Below, one piece after another: positions 9,526-20,385 of a stretch of 64,000 nucleotides of DNA. This stretch comes from an uncultured virus (IMG/VR IMGVR_UViG_3300038314_001498) (lineage: Duplodnaviria; Heunggongvirae; Uroviricota; Caudoviricetes; Crassvirales). Location: the IMG/VR virus record IMGVR_UViG_3300038314_001498. One strand, given 5' to 3'. Within the stretch, counting starts at the first letter, position 1. Every line of letters starts with the position of its first letter. Both the position numbers and the translations under genes were made by a program. The notes under the pieces are model-generated. The model was not told the origin of the DNA. It made no database searches and saw only the letters and a list, made by a program, of their open reading frames with translations.

Positions 9526-9888
9526 TTAAAATGTTAAAATATTACTTTTGAATATAAAAAGTTACTATTTATGTCTTTTTGTGTCTAAAAATAACTTATA
9601 TTTGGCAATAGTTAGTTATATAAACAAATATAACGCTTTAATATTAAACTATGTCGCTTAAAAGTTATGATGTTAAATTTTGGATGTATTCAGGATCCAA
9701 AGATGATTACGATAACCATTCTGAAAAAGTCAAAGCAATATCTAACACTCAAGCTGTAAAAATAATTAAAAATCGTTACCCAAGAGCTAAGAACATCAAA
9801 GCATTAATAGCACAATGAGGTTAATAGCAAACCCTGTAATCAAAGGGTGTATATTTTAAACGTACACCCTTTTTTTAAACCTTAAAAA

Positions 9889-10155
9889 ATGGAAATAACA
9901 GTAAAACTTACAGACGAATCCATAACACAACTTGCACAAAAGATGTTGGAAATCAATAAAAACGCTGTAAAACAACCAGAAATTAAAGAAGTGTCTAAAG
10001 AATACTACACAACTAAAGAGGCTGCAGATCTTTTAAAAGTGAGTAAACAGACTATTCAAAATCATATCCTTAAAGGTTTACTAAAAGCTAGTAAACCAGG
10101 AAAATCTTATATCATATCAAAAAAACAATTAGAAGATTATGTCAATAATAATTAA
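9889..10155 (+). CDS. excisionase-like HTH_17 protein
   Basis: YYTTKEAADLLKVSKQTIQNHILKGLLKA.K.GKSYII. Confidence 0.85.
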   Translation: MEITVKLTDESITQLAQKMLEINKNAVKQPEIKEVSKEYYTTKEAADLLKVSKQTIQNHILKGLLKASKPGKSYIISKKQLEDYVNNN

Positions 10156-10342
10156 CACACAGATTATTACCGAAAACATTTTTACTCAAGGAGCTCATCT
10201 TTGCGCTAACGATGTATATACCGAGAAAAATCCAACCGATAACTACAAAAATTGCGATTGCATATTTGTAGATCACGACAAAAAAACTTTTTGGTTTACA
10301 ACAAAAGCACACGTACAACATACGCAACAACTAACACACTAA
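10139..10342 (+). CDS. hypothetical protein
   Basis: Coupled ORF. Confidence 0.5.
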   Translation: MSIIINTQIITENIFTQGAHLCANDVYTEKNPTDNYKNCDCIFVDHDKKTFWFTTKAHVQHTQQLTH

Positions 10343-10346
10343 GATT

Positions 10347-11039
10347 ATGGCAAAGCAGAATAAAGTAGCAATTGCACAAGAATTAAATGAAGTAGTATCT
10401 ACAGTAGTAGGACAACATCATATTAAAAACTTTGAAAAAGCATTTCTTATTGCAGATGCTACAAGTAAACTAAAAGGCCTTTTAAGTGCTGAATACATGA
10501 AACCTATAATGGAACTTCAAGGTAATCGATTAGGTTTTATGTCAGATAAAGTTTATCCGGAAGGTGTTGTAAGAGACTGTTTAATTGAAGCTGTTTTAAC
10601 TGGTCTTCAACCTGTAGGAAACCAATTTAACATCATAGCTGGTAACATGTACCCAACCAAAGAAGGTTTAGGCTACCTATTAGCAAACTTTAAAGGATTA
10701 TCGTATCAAATCATACCAGAGCTTCCAAGAGTTAAGGAAAGTAGTGCTGCAATTGTTATGAATGTAAAATGGTCTATTAATGGAGGTGAAAAGAACGAAG
10801 AAAAGCTAGACATACCTATTAAGGTTAACAAGTTTATGGGTACAGATGCTATAATCGGTAAGGCTACAAGAAAAGCAAGAGCTTGGTTGTATAGTACATT
10901 AACAGGTAGTGAAATATCTGAAGGTGATGCTACAGATCCAGAATCAGCAGTTTTAGTAACAAACGAGCCTAAAACTATTGAGCAAGTCCAAGAAGAAAAA
11001 AAGAACCTGTCACAACAAGGCAAAATGGATTTACCATAA
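10347..11039 (+). CDS. putative ssDNA-annealing/recombination protein
   Basis: Sits just before an exonuclease; RecT-like size and acidic tail (inference). Confidence 0.45.
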   Translation: MAKQNKVAIAQELNEVVSTVVGQHHIKNFEKAFLIADATSKLKGLLSAEYMKPIMELQGNRLGFMSDKVYPEGVVRDCLIEAVLTGLQPVGNQFNIIAGNMYPTKEGLGYLLANFKGLSYQIIPELPRVKESSAAIVMNVKWSINGGEKNEEKLDIPIKVNKFMGTDAIIGKATRKARAWLYSTLTGSEISEGDATDPESAVLVTNEPKTIEQVQEEKKNLSQQGKMDLP

Positions 11040-11235
11040 CAACACTAAGGGAAGGCACCTCTTTTTTTTATTTTGATTGTTTTATTAATTCGTTGTCATA
11101 AGTCCTTCCCTTTTTTAAAACAGCGATACCATGAAAAAAATTATCAAAAAACTACTCAAACGATTTTTTAAACCAACACCACAACAACCAGAGTATAAAG
11201 AATACCCTTGGTGGAATGGTGAAATATAATGTAAT

Positions 11236-13341
11236 ATGAGCCACCAATACAAAGGCCTCAACGCCGACCAATACGAAGCGCTATTTGCTAACTTCCTACT
11301 AGATAGTTGGTCCTACTCGCGTGTATCTCAGTTTGCTCGTAACGAAAAAGCGTTCGAGATGAACTACATTTACCGAGTAAAACAAAAACGCTCTGCTTCT
11401 ACCGTATCTGGCCAAGCGTATCACGAAGCTGTAGAATATTACTTTAACTGTAAACTAAAAAAATCACCTGCAGATATTATAGACCTAGAGCGTGAGGCCT
11501 TTAATTACATAGAAGACATCCCAGCCAACGAGTGGAAACTTCAAAAAACAACACCTACAATCGCTCAGGCAAAAGAGCAAGCCACTAAAATATGTAACGC
11601 ACTCATTAAAAACTTCCTAGCAGAAATTGAAGTCTACAACTGTAAAGAAATTATAGAAGTAGAACGCTATTACGATGAGTTTATAACCGTTAATGGTGTA
11701 GATGTGCCACTACCATGCCACGCCAAAGTAGATTTACTTATCAAAACCGAAGATGGTAAAAATGTAATAGTAGACCATAAATCCAAAAAAACATTTACCG
11801 ACGAAAAAGAAGTCGCGTTTAACGTCGGTAAACAAGCCATTACCTACGTCCACGTTGTAGAGAGCTTTCATAATATTACCGTGGACGAGGTATGGTTTAT
11901 AGAAAATAAGTACACCACTAACAGAGATAAGTCACCACAACTACAAAAATTTGTTATAGAAATAAATGAGGATAACCGTAGGCTGTTTGATGCTTTACTG
12001 TACGAGCCTTTAAAACGTATGATAGAAGCAATCCAAGATCCAGACTATGTGTACCTAATGAACGAAGCCGACAACTTTGTAGATAAAGCAGAACTAAACG
12101 CATTTTGGGCGCAAACTATGATGGCCGAAGTAGACGACTTTGATATACCAGAATCTAAAAAAGAACTCGTAGCCAAGCGACTTAAAAAAATACGAGATGC
12201 CTCAGTAGCAAGCGTATCACCAAACGTTATTAAAAAGTTTAGACAAAACGCATCACAATTCATTCATTATAACCTAAGCGACAAAGACATGACAACCGAA
12301 CAAAAAATAGAACACGTACTAAGGTCATTTAATATTATCGTAAATGTAGCGCATAAGTTTGAAGGCTATAGTAACAACACCTACCTACTGCAAACATCAG
12401 CAGGTATTAACCTTAGTAGTGTGCAAAAATATAAGCTAGATATTGCCAATGCTTTAAATGTAGCAAGCATACGTATTCAAAACCAATTATTTGTGTACAA
12501 AGGGCAATCGTACCTAGCAATAGAAGCACCAAAAAAACGTACTGCAGATTTATTTTGGGATGCAAAGTATTTGGTAGATAAAAAACTACCTCTAGGTTTA
12601 GATAACTTTCAACAACCTGTTGTTTGGGATCTCAACAACCACTCTACACCACACATGTTAGTTTGTGGTGCTACTGGAAGTGGAAAAAGTGTAAGTATTA
12701 TTTCCACCCTAGAGTACGCCATAAAAGCAGATGTAAAAGACATTGTAATATTCGACCCTAAGTTTGAGTTTACGCACTATACCAAAAACTCAAACATAGA
12801 AGTCTATAACGAAATAGACGACATAGAAACCATGATGGAGCTTATGGTAGAAGAAATGAATAACCGCATAAAATCTGGCACAACAACCAAAAAATTAGTC
12901 ATTTTTGATGAGTTTGCCGATGCACTTAGCCAATCCAAAAAAGGGAAAGAGCTAGATATATACGAAGAAGTCCAAGATGGCTTTTACCGTATGTCCGAAA
13001 AAGCAATGTTAGCAGGAGTAAAACCGCAACCAAAAATGAAACGCAAAAAAGTAGGTCGTAAAAACTCATTAGAAGAAAACCTAATGATGTTAGCACAAAA
13101 AGGACGTTCTAGCGGTTATAGAATTATAGCTGCAACACAACGTGCCTCAGCTAAGATAATCAAAGGAGATACAAAGGTAAATTTCCCTGTCCAAGTATGC
13201 TACAGAGTACCAAAAGAAATAGACTCTAAAGTAGTATTAGACGAAGGTGGCGCAGAAGCACTACAAGGACGTGGAGACGGACTTATTAGTTCACCAGAAT
13301 ATTTAGGCATAGTTAGATTTCAGTCATTTTATAAACCTTAA
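11236..13341 (+). CDS. PD-(D/E)XK nuclease fused to an FtsK/SpoIIIE-type ATPase
   Basis: N-terminal WSYS...G.AYH...KVDLL...IVDHKS; C-terminal PHMLVCGATGSGKS, IFDEFAD, AQKGRSSG..IIAATQR, GAEALQGRGDGL. Confidence 0.9.
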   Translation: MSHQYKGLNADQYEALFANFLLDSWSYSRVSQFARNEKAFEMNYIYRVKQKRSASTVSGQAYHEAVEYYFNCKLKKSPADIIDLEREAFNYIEDIPANEWKLQKTTPTIAQAKEQATKICNALIKNFLAEIEVYNCKEIIEVERYYDEFITVNGVDVPLPCHAKVDLLIKTEDGKNVIVDHKSKKTFTDEKEVAFNVGKQAITYVHVVESFHNITVDEVWFIENKYTTNRDKSPQLQKFVIEINEDNRRLFDALLYEPLKRMIEAIQDPDYVYLMNEADNFVDKAELNAFWAQTMMAEVDDFDIPESKKELVAKRLKKIRDASVASVSPNVIKKFRQNASQFIHYNLSDKDMTTEQKIEHVLRSFNIIVNVAHKFEGYSNNTYLLQTSAGINLSSVQKYKLDIANALNVASIRIQNQLFVYKGQSYLAIEAPKKRTADLFWDAKYLVDKKLPLGLDNFQQPVVWDLNNHSTPHMLVCGATGSGKSVSIISTLEYAIKADVKDIVIFDPKFEFTHYTKNSNIEVYNEIDDIETMMELMVEEMNNRIKSGTTTKKLVIFDEFADALSQSKKGKELDIYEEVQDGFYRMSEKAMLAGVKPQPKMKRKKVGRKNSLEENLMMLAQKGRSSGYRIIAATQRASAKIIKGDTKVNFPVQVCYRVPKEIDSKVVLDEGGAEALQGRGDGLISSPEYLGIVRFQSFYKP

Positions 13342-13344
13342 AGC

Positions 13345-13647
13345 ATGAACTTAGACTCACACAAAAACATAAAAGTAGAACACCGCATTGAAGCTGAGAA
13401 GAAACAAGAGTTTAAACTCATAGGCTCACAACGAAAAAGACGCGGCCAAAAACTATTTGCTTTAGATAGAGACAATTTAAAAGTTTACGAGGTAGAAATA
13501 CAACGTAAAGAAGTAGCTGAACTCAATAAGAAATTAAAAACTACACACAAGGCAGTTATTAACCCAAAACACCCTATGCTTTGGGCTATAAACCGTAAAA
13601 ATGCAATACGTAAGTTTAATAATTATGAAGGTTTAAACCTTAAATAA
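13345..13647 (+). CDS. basic hypothetical protein
   Basis: ORF in operon. Confidence 0.6.
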   Translation: MNLDSHKNIKVEHRIEAEKKQEFKLIGSQRKRRGQKLFALDRDNLKVYEVEIQRKEVAELNKKLKTTHKAVINPKHPMLWAINRKNAIRKFNNYEGLNLK

Positions 13648-13866
13648 ATGGGTTGTCACTACCATAAACATACAGATGGTAAAAAATACTTCATACCAGA
13701 TTGTTGGGGAAGTGTTATTTGGGGAAAAGACAGATGTACTTGCTATACGGTAAAAAGAAAAAAACTAAACCCTAGCGAATACATAAGCCACCTTGAAGAA
13801 GAAAACAAAAACTTAAAACAACAACTAAAACAGCGACAAAATGGAATTAAAAAAACAAGAAGTTAA
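13648..13866 (+). CDS. Cys/His-containing hypothetical protein
   Basis: ORF in operon. Confidence 0.55.
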   Translation: MGCHYHKHTDGKKYFIPDCWGSVIWGKDRCTCYTVKRKKLNPSEYISHLEEENKNLKQQLKQRQNGIKKTRS

Positions 13867-14506
13867 CGAACTACTACAATCCTACTGCTCTACAGAACCT
13901 TATAGAGAATGGATGACACAACCTTTTATTATTGATGATTTAGCAATCGCTACAGATGCTCATTTATTAATTACAATACCAAAAAAATATTGTTCAATAG
14001 AAGTAAATCTACCTAAAGAAAAACATCAGTCGGTATTAACTGTTATTCCAAAAGAAACATATCCTATTATCTCTATAGAAATAGATCTACTTAATGAAAT
14101 TATAGACGCCATTCCTATTGTAGATGAATACTTAAATGCAGAAACAAATAAAACTTGTAAAACTTGTGACGGAGACGGTAACGTAGAATGGGTTTTTGAA
14201 GGCTACGACAAAATAGATGAATGCCCTGTATGTGACGGAGAAGGCGTATTATCATCAGAAAAACTTGTTAAAACAGGATATAAAATAAAAGACTTTAGTG
14301 GTTTTTTTGATATAAAAGGTTGTAGAATACAATCAAAACATCTTTATAAAATAGTTTCTACAGCCAACCGTATAAACTGCAAAACAATACATCTGGTTTA
14401 TTTTGAAAACTACAACAAAGCAATACTATTAAAACTAGACGAAGTTAAAATATTAGTAATGCCAGTTACTAAAAATGACGAACAACATATAATTCATAAA
14501 TTTTAA
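13841..14506 (+). CDS. protein with DnaJ-type zinc-finger repeats
   Basis: CKTCDGDG and CPVCDGEG; ATDAH and ILVMP motifs resemble a clamp-like fold. Confidence 0.65.
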   Translation: MELKKQEVNELLQSYCSTEPYREWMTQPFIIDDLAIATDAHLLITIPKKYCSIEVNLPKEKHQSVLTVIPKETYPIISIEIDLLNEIIDAIPIVDEYLNAETNKTCKTCDGDGNVEWVFEGYDKIDECPVCDGEGVLSSEKLVKTGYKIKDFSGFFDIKGCRIQSKHLYKIVSTANRINCKTIHLVYFENYNKAILLKLDEVKILVMPVTKNDEQHIIHKF

Positions 14507-14686
14507 GGCTATGAACAGAAAAATTCAATACGGTGATTCTGTTACCGGAAACCTTCAAAAAAACACTTGGACCTTTCGTATGGAAGACGATTTATGGGTT
14601 AAAGCTGGTCGTTTTGCTATTATAGATGTAACAAAACTATCACTTACCGAGCTTCAAAAATTAGAAAACTTTATAACTCAGGAGCT

Positions 14687-14869
14687 ATGATAAAACAACT
14701 CGTCGTACAATCCCTTTACATGGGTACAGAATACTACCTTTTCAGACCAATAGGCAACAATCAATACCAAGAAATTACCTTTAAAATAGTTAAAGGTAAA
14801 ATCATAGAACCTACACTTCACAAACTAAGTCACGGCGAAAGAAATTATATATTAAGTAATATTATATAA
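14687..14869 (+). CDS. hypothetical protein
   Basis: ORF track. Confidence 0.45.
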   Translation: MIKQLVVQSLYMGTEYYLFRPIGNNQYQEITFKIVKGKIIEPTLHKLSHGERNYILSNII

Positions 14870-14940
14870 CTTTTATTACCCTTTTGTGTCATTTTTAGTA
14901 TAATTTATTTATATTTGAAATGTAAAATTATCGTAAACCT

Positions 14941-15159
14941 ATGGTAGCAATCGAAAATATTAATGAAGAAGATTTAAAATCCTTTGTTAAAAACAGAGAA
15001 TTAGCCACAATTAGAGTTAAAAATTGGATAGGTCCACTTAGTAAAACTGAAATATCAGAAGCGCTAGAAATGTCTAGGCCAACTCTCAACGAAAGATTAA
15101 AAGCTCATTCATGGCGTCTAAGTGAGATTAAGTTAATACTACAAAATATGCCGTTTTAG
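14941..15159 (+). CDS. Cro-like HTH protein
   Basis: LSKTEISEALEMSRPTLNERL; TATATTTG promoter motif upstream. Confidence 0.75.
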   Translation: MVAIENINEEDLKSFVKNRELATIRVKNWIGPLSKTEISEALEMSRPTLNERLKAHSWRLSEIKLILQNMPF

Positions 15160-15161
15160 TT

Positions 15162-15866
15162 ATGGAAGAATTAGTACAGTATCAAGAAAAAATGTCTACT
15201 GTAGATATATCTAATATTACAGGAAAACGACACGACCATGTTTTAAGAGACGTAGAAAAGGTTTTAACAGAACTTAAAATAGATCTACCCACTTTTGGGG
15301 GAACCTATAAGGATAGTCAAAACAGAAACCAAAAATGCTATTATCTACCAAAAAGAGAATGTCTTATACTAGCTTCCGGATATAGTATTCTGTTACGTAC
15401 TAAAATTATAGACCGTTGGATAGAGCTTGAAAAAGCACAACCAAAACAATTATCTCGTAAGCAATTAGCATACATGGTTATTGAAGCTGAGGAAAAAGCA
15501 GAACGTCTACAGTTAGAAATAGATACCAAGCATAAACCACGCTCAGAATTTGTTGACAAGGTATTTAAGTCAGATGATCTTATTAGTATGAGTGTAGTAG
15601 CTAAAACTCTACAATTAGACTTTGGGCGTAATATTCTCTACAGAAAATTAAGGGAAAAAGGAATTCTATTTAAAAACACTAACGAGCCTAAACAATACTA
15701 CGTACAGCAAGGCTATTTTAAGTTAAAAGAAAAACTAATAACCTTAGACGATGGTAGACAAAAAGTAACGCTTCAAACCTTTGTTACTCAAAAAGGACTT
15801 GCGTATATAGCTAAAGTGTTTGGAGTTGTTAAAATTCCTTATAACCCAGTACAAATCTCAGCATAA
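15162..15866 (+). CDS. Rha-family regulator with KilA-C/ANT antirepressor domain
   Basis: MSTVDISNITGKRHDHVLRD...IIDRWIELE; C-terminal GRNILY..LRE...QTFVTQKG. Confidence 0.9.
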   Translation: MEELVQYQEKMSTVDISNITGKRHDHVLRDVEKVLTELKIDLPTFGGTYKDSQNRNQKCYYLPKRECLILASGYSILLRTKIIDRWIELEKAQPKQLSRKQLAYMVIEAEEKAERLQLEIDTKHKPRSEFVDKVFKSDDLISMSVVAKTLQLDFGRNILYRKLREKGILFKNTNEPKQYYVQQGYFKLKEKLITLDDGRQKVTLQTFVTQKGLAYIAKVFGVVKIPYNPVQISA

Positions 15867-15868
15867 CC

Positions 15869-16747
15869 ATGTCAAAAGATCCAGCATTTTTATTTTACTA
15901 CAAAGATTTTGAAAACGATACTGCAGATTGGGAAGCTGATGCTGTAGGATGGTATATTAGATTGCTATGCTTTCAAGCAGGTAACGGATATATCCCTTCA
16001 GAAATTGAAGAGCTTGCACAATTAGCAAGAGTAAAATTTTCAGAGTATAAAATTTTCTGCGAACGCTGGGCGACACGCTTAGCGTTAAAATTTAAACCAC
16101 TAAGCGATACGCAATTATATAACCCTAAGTTATCTAAAGTACAAGCCGAAAGAAAATCTGGCGCCATCAAAAAATCGGTATTAGCAGTATTAGGTAATTT
16201 CATTAAAACCTGCAATTTAACTGATGTTGAGAAGAAAAAACTTAAAGACTTATTTCATAAAGAAAAGAGCTTTTATAACATTTTAAATTCAGAAAAAAGA
16301 AAAGAAATTATAGAAGAATTTTTAGTAGGTAAATCTTTTTTAATTATAGAACAGCGTAACGCTAAGCGTAACGCAATAAAAGAGCGAACGCAACAGGAAG
16401 ATGAAAATGAAAATGAAATTAAAGATATAACTAAAGTTAAATCTAAAAAATACACAAAATCAGATTTCAAAAAAGCATTACTAGATCTTGGTGCACAAGA
16501 ACAACATGTAGACGACTGGTTTACCGTTCGTACACAAAAAAAAGCTGCGTTTACAAAAACAGCGTTTACTAAATTTTTTAACGAGTGTAACAACAATAAT
16601 TATCCTATAGCACAAGCGGTAAAAATTTGTGCCGAGCGTTCTTGGGTAGGATTTGAATATAAATGGCTTAAAAACATAGAAAATGAGCAACCAACAATTA
16701 ACCGTCAGACAGCAGCAACTTATGAGCAAAACGGAAGAGGCTGGTAA
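15869..16747 (+). CDS. replication initiator-like protein (YdaU/DUF1376-type N-terminus)
   Basis: KDPAFLFYYKDF...GWYIRLLC; C-terminal CAERSWVGF. Confidence 0.7.
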   Translation: MSKDPAFLFYYKDFENDTADWEADAVGWYIRLLCFQAGNGYIPSEIEELAQLARVKFSEYKIFCERWATRLALKFKPLSDTQLYNPKLSKVQAERKSGAIKKSVLAVLGNFIKTCNLTDVEKKKLKDLFHKEKSFYNILNSEKRKEIIEEFLVGKSFLIIEQRNAKRNAIKERTQQEDENENEIKDITKVKSKKYTKSDFKKALLDLGAQEQHVDDWFTVRTQKKAAFTKTAFTKFFNECNNNNYPIAQAVKICAERSWVGFEYKWLKNIENEQPTINRQTAATYEQNGRGW

Positions 16748-17495
16748 TTTAACACCTATTTCATTTGCTAAGTCGGTACCAACATACGATAAAATACGTT
16801 TCCTGGTAAAAGAAGACGTAGGGCCAGCGCTTGGGTTTATATTTCAAAACATCACCTTGTTACTTGGTATCAAAGAACCAATAGCAGATATAAACAAGCA
16901 AGATATTTCTAAGATGATAAGAGCACACTACAACAACTTATCCTTAGAAGAAATAGTCTATGCCTTTGAGTTAGAACGTTATGGTAAATTAGAACCAAAA
17001 ACAGAACATTTTCAGTTGGTAAATGCCGAGTATGTAGCAAAAGTGCTTAATAAATACAAAGACTGGTTACAGAAAGTAAGACGTGAAAACAATATTTCAC
17101 TAAGTAAACCACAAGAAGCTTTACCAGATATTTCAGAAAAAGAAAAAAACAACATTCTTATTCAAGGTTGCATACGTTGTTACAACGAGTTTAAAGAAAG
17201 CGGTTTGGTAAAAGAAGGAAACGCTCATATCTATGATTTTATGTTTGATGATCTTAAGATACATCAATTCACAGTAGATAAAAAAAACGCAGCTATAAGT
17301 GTCTCAAAACGACAATTACAAGAAGAATCAAAAACATTAGACCGTACTACTGCAAAAAACATTTTAAAGCAATTACAGAACGATAAAAGCACGGTTATAA
17401 TAAATAAATCCAAAAGATTGTTACTCACTAATTACTTCAACAATCTAGGAAAAAAAGATTTTGTAGAACTTATTAATCAATATTTAATACAATGA
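16683..17495 (+). CDS. putative replication accessory protein (helicase loader-like)
   Basis: Follows the initiator; LSLEEIVYAF motif. Confidence 0.45.
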   Translation: MSNQQLTVRQQQLMSKTEEAGNLTPISFAKSVPTYDKIRFLVKEDVGPALGFIFQNITLLLGIKEPIADINKQDISKMIRAHYNNLSLEEIVYAFELERYGKLEPKTEHFQLVNAEYVAKVLNKYKDWLQKVRRENNISLSKPQEALPDISEKEKNNILIQGCIRCYNEFKESGLVKEGNAHIYDFMFDDLKIHQFTVDKKNAAISVSKRQLQEESKTLDRTTAKNILKQLQNDKSTVIINKSKRLLLTNYFNNLGKKDFVELINQYLIQ

Positions 17496-17613
17496 CATAT
17501 CTCAGTTACAGTAAAAAAATAGCTAAAATTAATTTTAGATTAGGATTGCTTTTAGGTATAGCAATAGGATCTTGTTTAGCAACTATATTTTCTTTAATAG
17601 CAATTCTTTAACC

Positions 17614-17907
17614 ATGCCATTTTACTTTGCACCACAAATAGACGAGGTTAACTGTTATCAATTAAAAGATATAATTGATATGGCTAAATCCGATAACCTA
17701 ACAGAAATAGAGGTTATAAAAGCCAAAAGAGATACTGGACAAGGTTATTTCTTTTGTAAACACTTTGGATCAGTTGGTGAGGTTGGTCAAGGTTGTGGTA
17801 AATCTTGTGAAGCCTACAAACCTAGAAACGGTAAAAGTGGTAGATGTATTCATAGTGGGTATTGCTACACTTATACAGATGATAAAAAAACCATAAAAAT
17901 CATATAA
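17614..17907 (+). CDS. Cys-rich hypothetical protein
   Basis: FFCKHF...CGKSCEAYKPRNGKSGRC; ATG at 17614. Confidence 0.6.
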   Translation: MPFYFAPQIDEVNCYQLKDIIDMAKSDNLTEIEVIKAKRDTGQGYFFCKHFGSVGEVGQGCGKSCEAYKPRNGKSGRCIHSGYCYTYTDDKKTIKII

Positions 17908-18167
17908 ATGAAAAATTTTAGATTAAAACCAGAAGCAGTTCCTTTTTTTAAAGAAAAACATGCAACTCAAATAGCTTTTTATAGTTATTGGGAAGATATT
18001 GGTGTAGATATGAACGCACTAGAAGAAGTTGAAGAAGCGTTTGTAACCTTTGGGCATAAAGATTCTAAAAACACAACTTCATTAGGTGGTTGGAATGATG
18101 AAAATGGTAGTTTTTTTTATTTCACAATAAAATTCCCTAGCACTAAGTTTAGAGAACACGATAAATT
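17908..18167 (+). pseudogene. phage gene truncated by the IS1595 element
   Basis: The reading frame runs into the left TIR at 18168. Confidence 0.7.
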
Positions 18168-18439
18168 GGCATCTATATACAATTTACCACAAACAATCTA
18201 AGTAATTTTATGTTAGCGAGATTTCGCTTTTTTGAGAAGTACGCAATTCATTTAACCGTCTTACCATTGCCACTAATTCAGCAATTCGAGATTGAGCATC
18301 TTGCCGACCATTCAAGGTCTAATTAAACTATTGCAGTCAATGAACGTTGTCGTCCTTTCTTTTCCATTGCTTTTGGAACTCTGTTTCCTCTGCACCTAAT
18401 GGAAAAAGGACATGATACCAAAGGCAGTTAAGGTAGTAT

Positions 18440-18571
18440 CTAATTATCCTTATCGTCCTTGGTAGTTTTCTTTTCATCTTTTGGTATAGACACCTTTAGA
18501 ACGTCGTCTAATGTGCCCTTGATTTTTAAGCTACCGTTTTTGTTGGTAGGTTTTTTATTTTCTTTATTCAT
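18440..18571 (-). CDS. 43 aa basic peptide inside the IS
   Basis: MNKENKKP...LKIKGTLDDVLKVS, translated by eye. Confidence 0.45.
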   Translation of the reverse strand: MNKENKKPTNKNGSLKIKGTLDDVLKVSIPKDEKKTTKDDKDN

Positions 18572-18588
18572 ATATCAAATATAAAACA

Positions 18589-19221
18589 TTAAGCCCATTC
18601 TTGTGGCTTTTCAAGAGTTGTTCCATCAGATAAAATAATTGTATCATCAAATTGATTATCTACTAAATTTTTTCTACCTATTATAAAACTACCTTTTGCC
18701 ACCCTTTTTACATCCATATTTGCCCTTTTTGGTGGGAAAGCAACAAATACCCTCTTATCAGGAAATGACTTGTGGACAGCTTTAATGGGTGGGACTAAAT
18801 CGCTGTCTCCAGAAATCAACATAGCCGCATCATATCTGTCCTCCATGGCGTGAACTAGTAAATCTACCGAAATATTTACATCGGTCATTTTTTCTTCATG
18901 TGTATACCAATTAGCATTACAATTTCTACAAAATTTTGGTTTCTTCTTGTATTGTCCTAAAGTAATAATTGCACCAGAGTTTCTTACTGCATCAACGTAT
19001 TTAACCTGCCTTCTTGATTTAGGAGGATTATTTGAAATCATTGCTGTATAATACCTCACTTCAACTAATTCTTGAGTATCTTTTAATAAGTCATTTACTA
19101 GCGACACTAAATCTAACCATTTGATATTCTTATACTTAGAGGTCATGCCGAAATACATATTAAAGCCATCTATATAAGCTATTACCCTCTCTTTTTTAAC
19201 TTTTTTTTTAAATAAATCCAA
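18589..19221 (-). CDS. NYN/LabA-DUF88 (PIN-like) nuclease
   Basis: AYIDGFNMY, EEKMTDVNI, LISGDSDLVP. Confidence 0.9.
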   Translation of the reverse strand: MDLFKKKVKKERVIAYIDGFNMYFGMTSKYKNIKWLDLVSLVNDLLKDTQELVEVRYYTAMISNNPPKSRRQVKYVDAVRNSGAIITLGQYKKKPKFCRNCNANWYTHEEKMTDVNISVDLLVHAMEDRYDAAMLISGDSDLVPPIKAVHKSFPDKRVFVAFPPKRANMDVKRVAKGSFIIGRKNLVDNQFDDTIILSDGTTLEKPQEWA

Positions 19222-19351
19222 ATTTTTTTTGTATTTTTGCAGTACAAAACATCACTATGGATAGTATCCATAGTCCGACGCATCACGAAAGTGATGCGTT
19301 TCTCTTTATATGCCTATGTATCATGCGGTTGCATCTACAAACATACAATCT

Positions 19352-20290
19352 TTATTTGGTTTTTGTTAATCTTTTGTAACTCAAAGTACTTTCACTATCA
19401 ACTAGGAATTTTTCAAAACGTTCTTGGCTATCTAAAGAACGTGTATTAAATCTAGCTGAATACTCATCTAAATAACGTTCTAAGTGCTTATCACTTACTT
19501 GGTGGTAGATACCATAAAGACCACGTTTTAAAACAGACCAAAAGTTCTCAATTGTATTGGTATGTACTTGACCCTCTACATAGATGTTAAGTGCGTGTTT
19601 TACATTCTTATGAGTGTAGTACTTCTTTAACTGGTTGTATGCTGGTGCTTCGTCGGAATAGATAGTTGCATCATTAGGAACGTGAGTTCTGACAAAATCT
19701 ACCATATTGTTAGTAGTTTCCCCGCTTACGTACTTTAAAGCCACTTTTCCGTTACGCTCTATGATACCGATAACGACTTTCTTAGGCTTGTATGGTTTGC
19801 CCTCGTTAGTCAGTTCTCTATCCTCTAAAGAACGTCTTTTCTTTAAGTGCTTGTTTCTTTCCTTACCACCAATATAAGTAGCATCAGTTTCTACCATTTT
19901 ACTCTCGCCTAACATTTGCGGTGCTTTGTCCTTTAGCATTTCTCTAATTCTGTGTAATACGTGCCAAGCTGACTTCTGAGTAATACCTAAGTCTAAAGCC
20001 AATTGCACTGAACTAATACCTTTTTTGTGCGTTGTAGCTAAGAAGATCGCTGCAAACCAAATTCTTAAAGGAATATTAGAGTTATGAAAGATAGTTCCAG
20101 TAGTAACCGTAAAATCCTTTTTACAGTCCTTGTCGCTACATCTAAAACCTCTCTTTGTTCTATATACCTTAACGCATCCGCAATGAGGACACGCAACGTC
20201 ATTTCCCCAACGGATTTGCTCGTAGTACTCTTTACAAGTACTTTCTTCTTTGAAGTAATCTAAAAGTTGTGGTAATGACTTGAAATTCAT
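19352..20290 (-). CDS. IS1595-family (ISXO2-like) DDE transposase
   Basis: Zn ribbon CPHCG...CSDKDC, VETDATYIGG, YSDE, HTNTIENFWS, YLDEYSARFN. Confidence 0.95.
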   Translation of the reverse strand: MNFKSLPQLLDYFKEESTCKEYYEQIRWGNDVACPHCGCVKVYRTKRGFRCSDKDCKKDFTVTTGTIFHNSNIPLRIWFAAIFLATTHKKGISSVQLALDLGITQKSAWHVLHRIREMLKDKAPQMLGESKMVETDATYIGGKERNKHLKKRRSLEDRELTNEGKPYKPKKVVIGIIERNGKVALKYVSGETTNNMVDFVRTHVPNDATIYSDEAPAYNQLKKYYTHKNVKHALNIYVEGQVHTNTIENFWSVLKRGLYGIYHQVSDKHLERYLDEYSARFNTRSLDSQERFEKFLVDSESTLSYKRLTKTK

Positions 20291-20385
20291 GATTTATTAG
20301 TTTGATATATACAAATATATTCGATTATTTTTGCAATACCAAACAATTATACAAATATTTTCGAGATTTTTTGTAGCTTTGTAAC

